From Tubulanus polymorphus (lineage: Eukaryota > Animalia > Nemertea), in contig NC_134026.1 of NCBI RefSeq assembly GCF_964204645.1, positions 2,317,950 through 2,381,949 of the forward strand: a DNA stretch of 64,000 nucleotides. Direction: 5' to 3'. The notes beneath the pieces are model-generated. The model did not search any database. It saw nothing but the letters and a program-made list of their open reading frames with translations, and had not been told where the DNA came from. The position numbers and the translations under genes were made by a program. Positions 13,592 to 27,100 of this stretch are shown here, piece by piece (the first letter of the stretch is position 1; each line of letters starts with the position of its first letter).

Positions 13592-16500
13592 ATTGCTGTT
13601 TTCTGCTAGAAGAAAGACATGTAAATGGCACACATGCAAAAACGATAGAGACAGATTGGTACTTGAGAAAGGTTTGATAATGCATCAGTCGGGGCCAAGG
13701 GATAAAATGAAAATAGGAGATGCAGGCCAGGCTAAGATGAGAACATATGTCATTGATAGATTTCCATCAATATCTGCACTACGTTCGATAGAAACAATCA
13801 ATATATTTCTGAGAATGACGTATAACCTATTGATCCGCAATATCTCCAGCATCATAACGTATTCACAGTCTTACTTCACCGTACATATTCGCCTTGGTGA
13901 ATTGTAATTAACGACCCATCACTTGCGTGACATCTTCTAGATATTATATGTCTTATATAAGATGGAAAATGATAAATGTGCGTGATATCAACCGATTCAA
14001 AGATGGCCTTCGATTCTATAATGAGCACAATTGCAAAAATAATCGCCTGATCGAGAGCGTGTAGGACATCAAATCGGGAAATTACAACGAGAATGTTGGT
14101 AGTTTGGTAATGATAATGATGCATGATAGTAAGACGAAGATACTTTATTGATGGAAGTTTTGGCACCGAGTGAAAACTAATGGTTTATAAGGGGTATATA
14201 TCACGTTCAAAATATATGAATGGATATTTCCTATACAGGGAGTTAGAAACTGAAATGTTAACGCATTTTCTTTTTCTACAAGGCTCGACTCAAAGATGGG
14301 TAATATGCGAAGATCTCTTTCTATCCAACGGTCTGTCTCCAGAATTTTTCTGTCGACTTCCGACTAATAAGGTTAGAGTCATAAATGGAACATTTCCCGT
14401 CTCGTGAAGAGGTCGTAAAATAGACTGTACAGAAACTAGTGCACCGATCTATTCGCTGATGTCGTTTGCCGATCGTTACGAACAAAGGCGACCGTGAAGT
14501 GATCGTGTGAATTTCCGTGATGAAAATAAGTTGATTATACGTGGGACATAGAAGCGTATATATATATACGCGCTGTATGACCAACATTGTAGACATCACC
14601 GTGATAAAAATCGTATCAAAACCTTTTAAGATCTCTCGACATTTTGCCAGAAGAGATTCTTAAAGGTCTTCGGGTTACAATGCAGCGATCGAATCGGAAG
14701 TCGACAGAAACCGGGGTTTTTAGCATGGTGCGCGTATGATATCATAATGTAGAAGAGTTTGTTGAATTCGTGATTCTTCATTAGTGATAACCGGGGAAAT
14801 AATGAACGATGCAAATAGTGCTAATGAGCTTCTATTCAATAACAGCAGTGGGTTTCCACGCAACTCGTCGCGCACCTGATCTCTCGGTGATATCGAAAGT
14901 TTACATATATTCTTCTTAGCAAACTTTTTGTATTTTTCTCCAATATTCACTTTTACATTGATGCTTAAAAAGAAAAATGATATTTTGTAGCTTGCTGCAC
15001 GTCCGGAGTTCTTTTTATCTTTTTTTCTTGATTTCCATTTTTACTATTAAGATAATTACCTTAAGATATGTGGTTATAGCTGATACTTTTTGCCACACGT
15101 AACAAAACATTACTTTCAATTAACTGGAAAGTTTATGTTATCCGTGAGCAGGCATCTGCTAAAATTAAATAAATTCAGCATCCAGTTCTTTCCGTCCATT
15201 AAATCGATTCGTTAGGTCTAGTGACGGATATCGTATGATGGGGCAGGAAACGTTGTCTTTGTTGCTAAAGAGCTTTTATAGAATACAATCTGATGCAATC
15301 ATGTAGATCTCCCTCCAACCGGGAACTTCTTTAATCCGCGGTTTCAACTCGCATTGCGAAACTAAATCGCTGGCAATCTCAACGATTCTGATTACGTAGC
15401 CACCTTTTCACCAACTTCCAAAGTCCGCAATTTGAGCGATACATTTTACAAATTCATGAAGTGTACTTACTAATTTCATCACCAATTCCCAGAGCGAATC
15501 GGAAGTCCGTATTCAAGCCTGTTCTAATACACGGTCAAATGAAGACTGTTGCGTATAATTACACAGCGGTCATCGATTACTAATGATCAATGTGATGATC
15601 GACTGTTGAGTCAAAGCGGGTTTTGTTAAGTATATACTGTAGCGATAGACCTCGCCACGACATCGAACGAGGAAATGAACCTCACGTGTCAAAGATCAAA
15701 GGATTAGCGTCTTAATGCCATGTCGTGATAATACCATCATCAGAATCATCAATTTCACATGTGTCGATGTTAAATCTCATGAAATCTATCGAACAACACC
15801 TGCTTTGCTCCCTGATTAAGTGTCAGGCAGTATAAAGCTGCTAATGAAAAAAAACTAAGCCAAACGATCTGGCGTCGGTGTCTGGAAGAAGATACCAACC
15901 AGCAGCAAACATAACCGAGTTGCCTCTCTTTTACGGACATACACGCACGGAAGACTTTTATGAATTAATCTTGTATTTTTCGTTGAGCTTTTTCATGCTC
16001 TTTTCTATACTAGAAATGTCAGTGTAGACGTATCGATTCAATATTCGTACTTCTTCGCCCAGAGAAATTATTGTGCCATAAAAATGAGTAGATTTAGCCG
16101 TCAACACATATCTTAATAGACATTACCGGTAGATACTCGGCAAGTCCGTTTATTGCACGTACTTTCGTCGCATGTAATAGGATTAACTGAATGTACCTCG
16201 CCCGACGTCAAATTATTTACTATAACTAATGACAACCCGTCATGTATTTGACCTTAAATTTACCTCTAATCGAAAATCGTTGTTCTCGATGATGTGTCTA
16301 ATCATCCAGGTCGGGTATCGAAAACGTCGTAGATATACAAGAAGACACTCATCTTTGAACTCGGTCGATGAAAGTTGGAGAAGGTCCTTTGATAAAAACA
16401 TCACATTCCGAATTCATTAATTAGCAAGATAGATTATAACTATACTACTGCAAAGGAAATTATATAGTCGGGTTTGATTGAAAGAAGTGAATATCCATGA

Positions 16501-16910
16501 AGATTTTATGTGCTCGTGCAGTTTGATTATCTAACTCCGATGAAGCCACTAGTTGTAAATTTGATTACTGCGGACGGACCTCTAGATTGACAAATGGATC
16601 ATGAGATGACAAAGTCTAGCTGATTCGGTTGGATCTCTGCTAACAAGTAGCCCTACAACATACAATTGATTTTGTTCACGGGTTCTGTCCACCAGACGTC
16701 CATGTCCTTGTGTCTATAGTGCTTAACCAGACTCGTGTGTCTGGTTTAGAATACTAGACGACTCAATAAAATCTTTCGGTCCTCCTTAAATATTGCTGTC
16801 AGATATATATGTATGTACTTATAGGGAAGTTGAGATAGACGAAACAAATATATATGCGCAGTAATATACCGAAGTATATTGACACACTCGCACTCTTTTA
16901 AAGCTCAACA

Positions 16911-17146
16911 CACACGACGCAGGGAAACACGGAAATAGGAGACAGAAACATTCTTTCGTTTCCGAGCGTCGTGTGCATTTACGAGAAACTAGAAACAAAG
17001 TTTCCGGAAAAAAATATTCCGAGATCCGTGTTTCCGTGTTACCCTGTGTCGTGGTGTGCGTTTACGAGAAACTAGAAACAAAGTTTCCGGAAAAAAATAT
17101 TCCGAGATCCGTGTTTCTGTGTTTCCGTGTTACCCTGTGTCGTGTG
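16911..17146. mobile_element. MITE with internal ~80-bp tandem duplication
   Basis: TIRs CACACGACGCAGGGAAACACGGAAA / TTTCCGTGTTACCCTGTGTCGTGTG. Duplicated block tttacgagaaactagaaacaaagtttccggaaaaaaatattccgagatccgtgtt. Diverged relative at ~33650-33795. Confidence 0.75.
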
Positions 17147-20100
17147 CGGCGTCTGGTTCTACGTGAATCACCACGTATTCACAAGGACCACTCGTCTCTC
17201 GACGGAACCGCGTGATTTAAAAGCCTGAGCGATATTTCTATCGACGGAAAATGTAGGTCTAGCTCACTCAAATAGAAATTGATTTTCTGTACAACATTCC
17301 AAGCATCAGATGCATAGCCGATGATGCGATACGATCAGTCCCAGCAGCTTAATGTAAGCTGATTTGCGGAAGCAATTCTAATGGTTTTACATTGTTTTTC
17401 ACTTGAATTCTAAAATTGACGTATTTAGATGGATATACATAGTTCTTGTGCAATACACGCACAGTTTCACCTTGCTTTCAACATCATGTGTATAAGTTTT
17501 AACATGTGACGGGTAAACATCATTAGCATCTACATCACCTCTGTGTAGGTAATTGAGGTAATGGAACAATGACCGAAACCACCGTACGAATGCCAAGTAA
17601 TATTTGAACTCATCCACAAGGTTCTGTACAGATATCCTATTCCATCTTTCTCATTGCATTCTCGGCAAATATTGTCACCACGGTATTATAACTCGCGTAC
17701 CAACTGGTATCGCAGCCTACATACATCGGCCATTCTTTTCACCCCCACGGACGACGACGTGTCGACCCTCGACGGATACTCAACCTACACGGTCAATACA
17801 GTCTCAGTGACAACCATCCCAACTTGCAGCTCTTCCAGAGACTTTCCGTCCTGCTAGACGATGTGCAAATACACAACACAAGTATCGGCACAGCACCATA
17901 AACATGGCTGCGAATCGGTAGATATCGACAGGACGTAAGCGGCCATTAAGCAATAAATTATTTTCCAGCAACATATAATGTTGCAGTAATGTTGGCGACG
18001 TACAGACTGGCATGTTAGTAAATTGGATAATATTTGTTCATGTTATGGTGTACATCAAATTGAGAAACGACGTCAAATTTCAGACGATTTTCTTTCGACT
18101 AGTCTGTGTCAATTTCTTGTTCCCCAGCCGGATTCGCACATACGTTACACCGGTTCTTAGTCTAAATGTTCACGACGCTTCGGGTGTCGATACCTGTTTT
18201 TATGAGCGAGAATGAGAATATGGCCCTGGTTGAAGTGATTCAAATACAAAAGCTCTCGTTCCTCGCCGATAATTGTAACAAAGAAGTAGTTACTAAATTA
18301 ACTGACTGATGGAAACTGTCACGTTTTCTCCTTTGTAGTGAACAAAATAATCCGATACTTAGACAGAAAACCTGTATTCACAAAATGAATGTATTTTCTC
18401 TAATGAACCATTAGACTTGAAACCAATGGTGCTAGTGACAATTCCTCCTGACGAAACAGTAACGGTTACCGAAATCTTTGATTGGCTTAATTTTCATCGT
18501 GACCTTCATGATGCTTGCGTATCTTCATCCAATTCTATGACACAGAAGTCAGTCTTTGGATTGGCAGAATATCAATTGAATATTCACTATCTACTGTGTT
18601 CATCCGAATGAATTTTGGAAGTTGACTTCACACAAATTCATAAATTTCCATATCATGAAGCGAGATATGAAGTATAACTATTTCCGTTCAATGATTGTTT
18701 ATGCAAATCTATCAGCCATGTGACCGGAATTTAAATATTCATATTAGCCGATACAAGGTGCTCGTCGCTTCAGTTCCCACGAGTCAGTTCGGTTGTTCCC
18801 ATGTGTCGGATTTACATAAACGTCTCATCAATAATTCGTGAATGCAGCTTGCCGGTCGATGCTGAGAGTATAGATAACTTCTTACAAACATCATAACGTA
18901 CGACATCACCCAGAACGATCATTTATTGCATGAAAATTGAGAATGAAGTCAACTGTCATCGTATCTGAATTCGATTTGTCCTGGTAAACCTGATAAGTTT
19001 TACAGTTATTGGATTTTACAGAAATTCTATTTACGATTCTGTGAACGTGTTTAATTCAATATGGGACCAAAATGTGAAAGATGAACAAAAAGTCATAACC
19101 TTGACAGTGAAGCCTATGTCAACAGAGATTGAGCAAAATCTTTGCCGATTTCGCACAAATGAATCAAAGGGTCCTACTAGATTCCAAAACATCATTAGCC
19201 TGGCAGAATCATTGAAATGCTTTGAATAATGCAGTCTCCTACATAAGTTTTGCGAAAGTGATTTTCTGTGCCAAATGTTGAGAGTTTTTTGTATTTCTTT
19301 CTGGAGATAGTATTGAATTCTTTGGATGCATGCAGTTTCTTACAGCAATCTCACGCGATCCAGAAATTCATTTCGTTACGAGAACGTTTTGTATTCCTAA
19401 CAAGAACGGTATTAACCAACAGGAGAGGCTTGCAGTGAATAAAGCGGTTAGAGTACCCCACCAGAGTTGGGTAATATGCAGCGAGAAGACTGAAGTACGT
19501 TTCACGCGAATAGCTATGAAGAGCTGTCGCCCCAATGTAAAAACAGACACATACGAACACATATAATGACAGACAAGGCGTAATAGATATAGATATATAC
19601 ATCAAACCAAAACCCACCCGCGTATGTGTAATATTCTGCTGATACTGGGAGCGTTCTGTATTGGATATCCTGAAATTACAGTCAGAATGCCATCTACGAG
19701 AACTAATGACTGTTTTTAAAGTCGCATACGACGACGAAAAGACTCGGAAGAAATCACTACCGTACGAGTTCGTACCATTCGCGTTAGAAAGAGAAAGTGA
19801 TATTCTTTTTTATTTTTTCGAAGATGTGTAACACCACGTCGAGGTATACCACGACTTATATTATTGCGTAGGTTGTAACCTGAATATGATATCCGCCTAA
19901 AAGAACCCCGAGGCAAGAAAACATACATTTCGAAACGCTTCGAGACGATGATAGGCGAATAACACCAAGTGGTTCTTCATTTATTATCCTTACTTTAATG
20001 CATTCTCTTTTTATAGTTCCGATATAAAAAAAGCTTCGGGTTTTCATCCTGCGATGTGAGTACTCCTCAAACTTAAGCGCTGTTTGAAATATTCATCAAC

Positions 20101-22654
20101 GTATAATTCAAGCTCAAACTATAATGCTGAAAGCTACGTGGGCGTAATGATTTTTTTATATTTCTATTCTAGCTCTCAACGGGAACAAAAACCCTGCGAA
20201 TTTCAATTGCTACGAGAGGAGGATTTACGTGAAATTCGAAACACAGCCATCGTCAGCGCAACATACGCCGCTGTTCGCAAGCGTGACGACATTTTCATGA
20301 AAGTAACGACAGCTAAAAACCTCTTAATTCGATTCGTCTTTCTCAATTCGGATTGAAATTATGACGAAGTCTATCGAAACACGCAAATGAATTGATGTTG
20401 ATATAATTATGGTTGATTATTTCAGCATTTTTCAACTTTTGATCGCGTAGTAACTTCACTTATGAATTATTTATAGGCTTTATTATGCACCCTTTTTTCA
20501 TTCGGCGTAAATCAAATTCAAACGCTGCAAATTACGATCGGGAATATTCCGCGTTGCAGCAATCGAAGCAAAATCGGAAACTGAATTCAGCAATTAAATT
20601 TGCCGGTTGCTGTAGAGACAATGTAGACAGTAGCAGCGACGATCCGAACACCTACACAGAGCGTTACGTGCATATACACCATTTATGAGTAGTGAATTCA
20701 TAAATAAATGATTGAGAAATATGATGAATTGTTCAATTAGCGAGAAGAGTATGAATATAATCGACTTTGCATATAGCTCAAACATTGCGCCGTATTTACA
20801 CGTGGATTCGTCAACACGGTTTGGTGATACGGGCACATGCTTATGGTCGTTCAAAATGATAATGATACATCAATTTTATCAAGAAATTATTTGTTTGATA
20901 TCAAACGACTGCTAGAAATACAAAATAATTACATAAAACTGTTAAATATTCTATATTTGTGATTTACCACGTATCCCGGCTGCTGTATGACTATTATCAT
21001 CACAGTTTATTTAAATTCGTAATCTATTCAGAAATAGAAGAAAATTCGCGGGAAAAAAAGGAGTAAATGAGGAAAAATTAGACGGAATGTTTTAGAATGT
21101 TAGAACGAAATTTATCTATAAGAAATATAGAAATCAACTGTTTTGAAAATGATTGTTTGAATACATACCGCGTTTGTTTCGCCCTCAGCCATCGTAATGA
21201 ATTCCGTCATGGTTACGTGAAAAATATAATAATCCCCGTAAGAATCTAGTCTCGCGATCGACTACTTCTCTATGCTATATATGTATATACTTGAGCATCG
21301 TCCGGATGATGGTTTCGGTACAGCTCCAGTGCTACATTGATAACTGATAAATGGCCATGGTGGGATGGAGGCAAGTCGAGATCGATCGGTTTATAGTCTG
21401 TTACGCGGAACCGAGTTCACATCGCCATCTCAGTTGCGAGTCGTCGTGTCTAGGATTGAGGGAGGTGTAGGTGGTAGCTACTGTTGTTATGTTGACAGTA
21501 CGAGAGATTATATCGCCAGCGCTCACGAGGGTCTCATTTTCATGACGACTCGCTGCTTGTCGAGTAATGAAAATCCGCGAGTGATTTTTCATTTTGTGCA
21601 TTAAAGTACATTTCATTTTCGTATATTATCATTTTTGTCACGTTTTTAGTCTACTCTAATCGATGACAAAATCAGGCGCCTCTCAAAGAAATATTCATTA
21701 CGCGTACAACAATAGGTGGCGCTAGATACTAAACTAAGTGTCGATAAATCAATGCGCGACAAACGTGATTTATCATTTAAAAATTCCACCCACTAAAACA
21801 TCAATTACGTGTTATTTCGCTGGGATCGTAAATTTTTTTTCTGTATTCCATTCGATGGAATGTCCAGCTATTAGTCAGCACAGTAATCATTTTACTATCG
21901 GGTCCATATCATTAGATTAACAACATCTTAGACACATAGCCCTGAAGCCAGGATTGCCACGCTGAATAAGTGTTGGCAGTGTAGGAGTCATATCATGTTT
22001 GATTTTACAGTTTCAAGCCGCCTCCGTTACCTAACCTTCAACTCGCTGGCAATATCTCACATAGATCAGGGACAACGAAGAAACGTCTTTATTATAGTTA
22101 AATACAGTACAGATTTCCCGAGGGAATAAATAGACTGAGCAGAAGCAGATATCGGGGCGGTACACTGAGAAATTGATAAAATATTGATAGAGCGAAAGAA
22201 GGTTGATCTGAGGGTCACCATGTGTACCGTGTATAGATTTCTGCCTTATGGTTACTGATGTTAGGAGTTGAACGTATATTATTGAAACATTTTGATGGTT
22301 AAGATTTCAATCAAATTTTAGCTGGCCCATTGCAAATGAATTATTTACATTTTGAATGGCAGGAATAAGGTTTATCAACCACGACCATAAACACATTTTA
22401 TCTACTTTTATCCATCTACGCCTTAATTTCAACGTATAAAAAAACGTAACGTCGCCTATCCATAAAATCAGAAAAAAACAACGTGAAATCATGATAGTTA
22501 TTACAACATCGCTCTATCGACAAAACTCAGAAAAAAACAAATCTCTACATGATTGGTGTTATTATGTGTGTGATTGAAGGCAATGATAAACTAGCGCAAT
22601 AACACGAAAATAAAACACGGATGTATATATATATATGTCTATCGACTAACTTAC

Positions 22655-22717
22655 CAGTGGCGGCATTTCGGATTTGGAACGGCGACCTCGGGTCGGTGTG
22701 GATCGTATCGTCGCCAT
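22655..22717 (-). CDS. Putative alternative first coding exon of DIRAS (MATIRSTPTRGRRSKSEMPPL)
   Basis: GC-rich 63-nt ATG-initiated stretch ending in consensus donor CTG|GTAAGT, phase 0. Confidence 0.4.
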
Positions 22718-23704
22718 ACTCTCAATAATAACACACATATACAGTAATGCACCGGTGGTCGTAATTAATCGATTTGTGACGATGAATTAATTATTAATTC
22801 GGCGATGATGCTGCGGCGACAAAGATATCATCCTAGTTTCATATTCAACCGTTATATGAGCATTATCTAACGTGAGACCCGTCTTCTGTTAAACGTATAT
22901 AAAACTGGATGAAAATTCGCCCGTACTTTTCATATATAACTATAACCACACCCTAATGCCGAGTACAAAATATAAATATTGATCAAAACGTTGATTTGCC
23001 GACACAGAATCCTCATATTATGTCTTCAGATGATTGAACTTATATTAGACGAGATCAATCAGACGAATACATGATAATACCAGCCGCAGATCAATCATCA
23101 ACCATTCATATACTATTTAGTCCTTTTTGAAGACATTCAATTCTATTTTTAATACAGTGAGAATAAATGATCTTTAAAATATACAAGATGTGATACTAAT
23201 TTTAGTGGTTTCTTAGAAGACTTCTATTCTTAGTGAATTTGCTTCAGGGACGTCGTCCTGTCAAGTTTCTACGTGTACGAGTTAAGAAACGTTGGCCAAC
23301 CTGGGAGTGGCACTGATATAAACACGAATAACGAATTTGATTAGATAAATTTGATCGAGTCTAAAATCAGAATGCATTTAAACCGCACTGACTCTTGATA
23401 TATATATTCAGTGTATATTGTGCTAATCGAATTTGCAAAGAGTTGAAACGAACGCGTCTAAACAGACAAACATATCATTAATTACGTTTTCGCTGATTCA
23501 CCTGAGGAAAATCAACTGAAAAAGCTAAAACTCATCGTAAAAAACACCTAGAGCTCTTTTATCGTTTGATCTTGACATATATACATTACCGCATTCATAG
23601 GATAAATATTGACAATTTGGTTGCATCAAATGTCAAACAGTCTTAGTATAGGTATAAAGATGTTTATGTATATCAATACTTTATAAGGGTGGTTTTTTCA
23701 GAGG

Positions 23705-23756
23705 AAACGTCACAATGACATCAGAATGACATCACGAACAGTAATAATTGACGTCA
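23705..23756. promoter_or_regulatory. Cluster of CRE/ATF-like sites
   Basis: AACGTCA, TGACATCA, TGACATCA and TGACGTCA within ~50 bp, ~1 kb 5' (minus sense) of the 22655-22717 exon candidate. Confidence 0.4.
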
Positions 23757-23843
23757 CGCCATAAAAGATAGCGTTCAACGAGCTCGATACATTTTAGCTC
23801 GGGATTATAGACGGCCCGCTAAATCTGAGCTGTTCATCAATCC

Positions 23844-24167
23844 TGTGACAGACAGACGAATTTACTCGGAATCGATTTTCGCCGAATTTTGAAGTGTACC
23901 AAGGGACGCGAGGCGAATTTTTTCGTCGGTACATCGACTGGCACGAATCAAACATATTGAGATAGCATCGGTGAATTCTTGTCAACAACATCGAGTAAGT
24001 TAGTCGGCAAAAAAAGATACTGAATCGTTTAATCATTTGATCGGCGAATTTATTCGGCGAATCAGTCATTCGCACCGAATTCGCCTAAATGTGTCAACCT
24101 TGAATTCAAACCACGGGCGAAACATATGGCGAACGATTCGCCGAAGAATTTCGCCTAGTCTGTCACA
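23844..24167. mobile_element. MITE with terminal inverted repeats
   Basis: Ends TGTGACAGACAGACGAA / TTCGCCTAGTCTGTCACA, many internal TTCGCC/GGCGAA motifs. Related copy at 1758-2073. Confidence 0.7.
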
Positions 24168-27100
24168 AGCGTTAGTTATTCGATACGGGTGTCACGTAAT
24201 TGGGAAATTAGAGTTTCGTTATGTTAACATTGTTTGAATGATTGATTGTCACAAATGCATGTTGCAACAGTTTTCATGGTCGTAGAATAATAATAGCGAA
24301 AATACACTATATAAACATATCTCTTCTATTCGCTTACGCCTCAATGATTATTGATATTAGCGATAATAATGCATCATACAACGATGAATTTATACATTTT
24401 ATACATTTATTAAGTTTATTTCTGCGATCATTGCATTATATTTTTGTCGAAAATACTTCTGACGCATATCAAATTAGTGTAATGAATGTAATCTAATCTG
24501 AAATTGACTTCTAAAATTTCAAAATGCAAACATCAGTCTACTGAGTCTATTCTCGTCTACACGGAAAGACGATCAGTGACCAGTCGTTTTTTCAATCATT
24601 TTTTAATATATATCAAGTTTTTCCTAATGAATGCCATGACGTGTCAAATTCACCGAACGAGTGGTTTAACAAGTTGACATGTACCAAGAAAGGCGAGTCT
24701 ATTAGTTAGATCCTTATACTGTGATATAATTTGCCCCGAATATGATAGACAGGAAACCCATCTAATCCCGACGTGGGAGGAAGATCTAATATGTGACTCT
24801 TCTTGGAAAACGTATCATCACTCAGGACAAGATAACGAAGCAAAAACTACTTACACCGAGTAGAAATATTCGCGTTATCGATGTCTATTCACCCTGTATT
24901 CATGTGACAAATTAGCAGTACCGAATATAACATACGTGCATTTATTGTTTATACTCGACCCTTATTATATACAGAATTCCCGGGACTGGAGACCACTTAA
25001 CGCGCCTTTGGCAATTAATACAATTTCTATTTCTATCATGAAATATTACTGACCCGAAATTATACGTAAAAAATTGAGAAAAATATAAATCAGGTTAGTT
25101 GTTAATAGTTTCGTAGTGTACACCGGAAGTACTGCTTGGTTTGACGTGTGGAAAGCCGGTTTTTTCCTAGTATGAGGGGTGAGCCAGTTACCAATTTAGA
25201 TGATGAAATATAGCAGGTCGTCGGTCCCTTTCATTGTTATTTGTCTTGCTAAATCATTTCCCCAGCGGAATATGGTTTTTTATATAAAACCTCGCATTCA
25301 ACGGGGCTGAAGAATCATAGCAGAACATCACAGCATTCCAGTATCGAACTCCTATTGATTTATGTCATATGAGCCGTGGTTTTCTGGTGGTATGTCATAT
25401 TGCCTCGATGACTATCGAAATGTCGACGATATTTTCTACTATACGTGTGGTATTGAAAGATGTGTCTTTCTTTGCCCACGACCTTTGGGTTGAGAGTCTG
25501 ACTAGTCTGACTGGAATGCGCAATATTGACAATAGTTTTTCATCATTCCTTATGTCGCCCAAAGACAGTCGTTGGAAAGTAATCGAACAACTTGATCACG
25601 ATATGCCCGATGGGCTAGCAAACCGCGCAATATGGAAGAAAACTGGGTGAAACCTTTGCCCAATAGAGTTCATACAAATATGTGTTTTTGTCACGTGATG
25701 ACACAGCATTTGCAGTGTCGAACACGTGATTTACATAAAAACGAATTAAAGTAGTTTCTACATCCCCATTATTGTGTCTTACAGTCATTTTTGGTAATTC
25801 ACCAGTTTTTACGGCAATACGGCGTGTTGCTATCAAATCGATTGAACATAATGTAGCTGTATGTGAAATGAGCTTTAAAATCTATCTACAAATCGTTAAG
25901 TATTTTGGTAGACCTGAGATACCGAAGAGTTCGAAGATCGGATTGTTAGCGACCTTATTCTGTAAACGGGTATTTTTACGGTTTTCAGGACGTCGAACTA
26001 GCGGGTTCCTGCGGTTTTTTATTTACAGTGTCAAGTGATATCATCTAAGATTAAATTCAAGTGTCATTCATCTCACGGACTGAGCTTCATTGCTATTGTT
26101 GCTCCTTGACTTACTTCAACGCTCTGCATATCTTGCTTACCCGAAACGATAAGATGTGATCGCGTTAGCGGCAGTAACAGCGCGTGATCAAAGGATGTCG
26201 TGCAAAAAGAAAAAAAGTAGACAGAGTGAACCCATTTTGTAAGGACGAATCCACTTAAACTCGCAAGAAATTTAACCCTCTCATCAACGCTTTCAGTATC
26301 GGAAATCTATCCAATAACACATCTATTCTTCTACATAAATATCCATCTATAAATAAAATCGTGTCAGAACTTCTTCACTGATCGCAAGATCGAAACAAAA
26401 ATGCTAATTTTCTCTGATATTTCCGGCCTCCACAACGATGACTATCATGGGCTATATTTGTGTTTTCGGCTCGAATATCTATATCGCATGACAGAATTAT
26501 TCATGCGGGTTCGGTTAATTCGGGTATCCTTCATTTCCTTTCTTTACTAACACACCTTCCCCTGTCTCACGTGTATAATAAACATTCAACGCAATAACAT
26601 CGTTTTTAATTATAAAACACACGTGGACCGACGCGACGATGGCGTGGGTGGATCACAACCGGAATGTGATACTACACGGAATGACTTTCTATCGTGTCGA
26701 AGCAATCAATTCCACGCAGATAAAGGTTAACAGATTATTGGTAAGGCGCCAAAATAAAATATATCTGGCTAACCATGACGTGAAATCTGTCATCGCTTAC
26801 TTCCGTGCAGGCTGGCATCTCCTACCTCCTTGCGCCACGTAGCCACACGTAATCTTAGAGCAATCTAAGACAAAACTTTTTCAAAAGAAGATTCAAGATA
26901 CTTTCAGAAAGATTAGCATAATATACGGAAAATCTGAGTAGAAGACATCAAACAAACTACAGCACAATACGGAAGTTCGGTTCCAAATAATGTATTTAAC
27001 TATTTATATCAAATTGATTTCGACGCCGCGTTATTCGTTATAATGAAAATAACATCGATGTATTGAATCGTTTTCAGGAATTATCTAACTTTTTAAAATG

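Noticed and set aside
13875-25790. Other minus-strand donors with tiny in-phase ATGs (MYGE at 13875-13886, MKL at 15471-15479, MT near 25783)
   Set aside because: Too short to distinguish from chance in AT-rich DNA; not called as exons.
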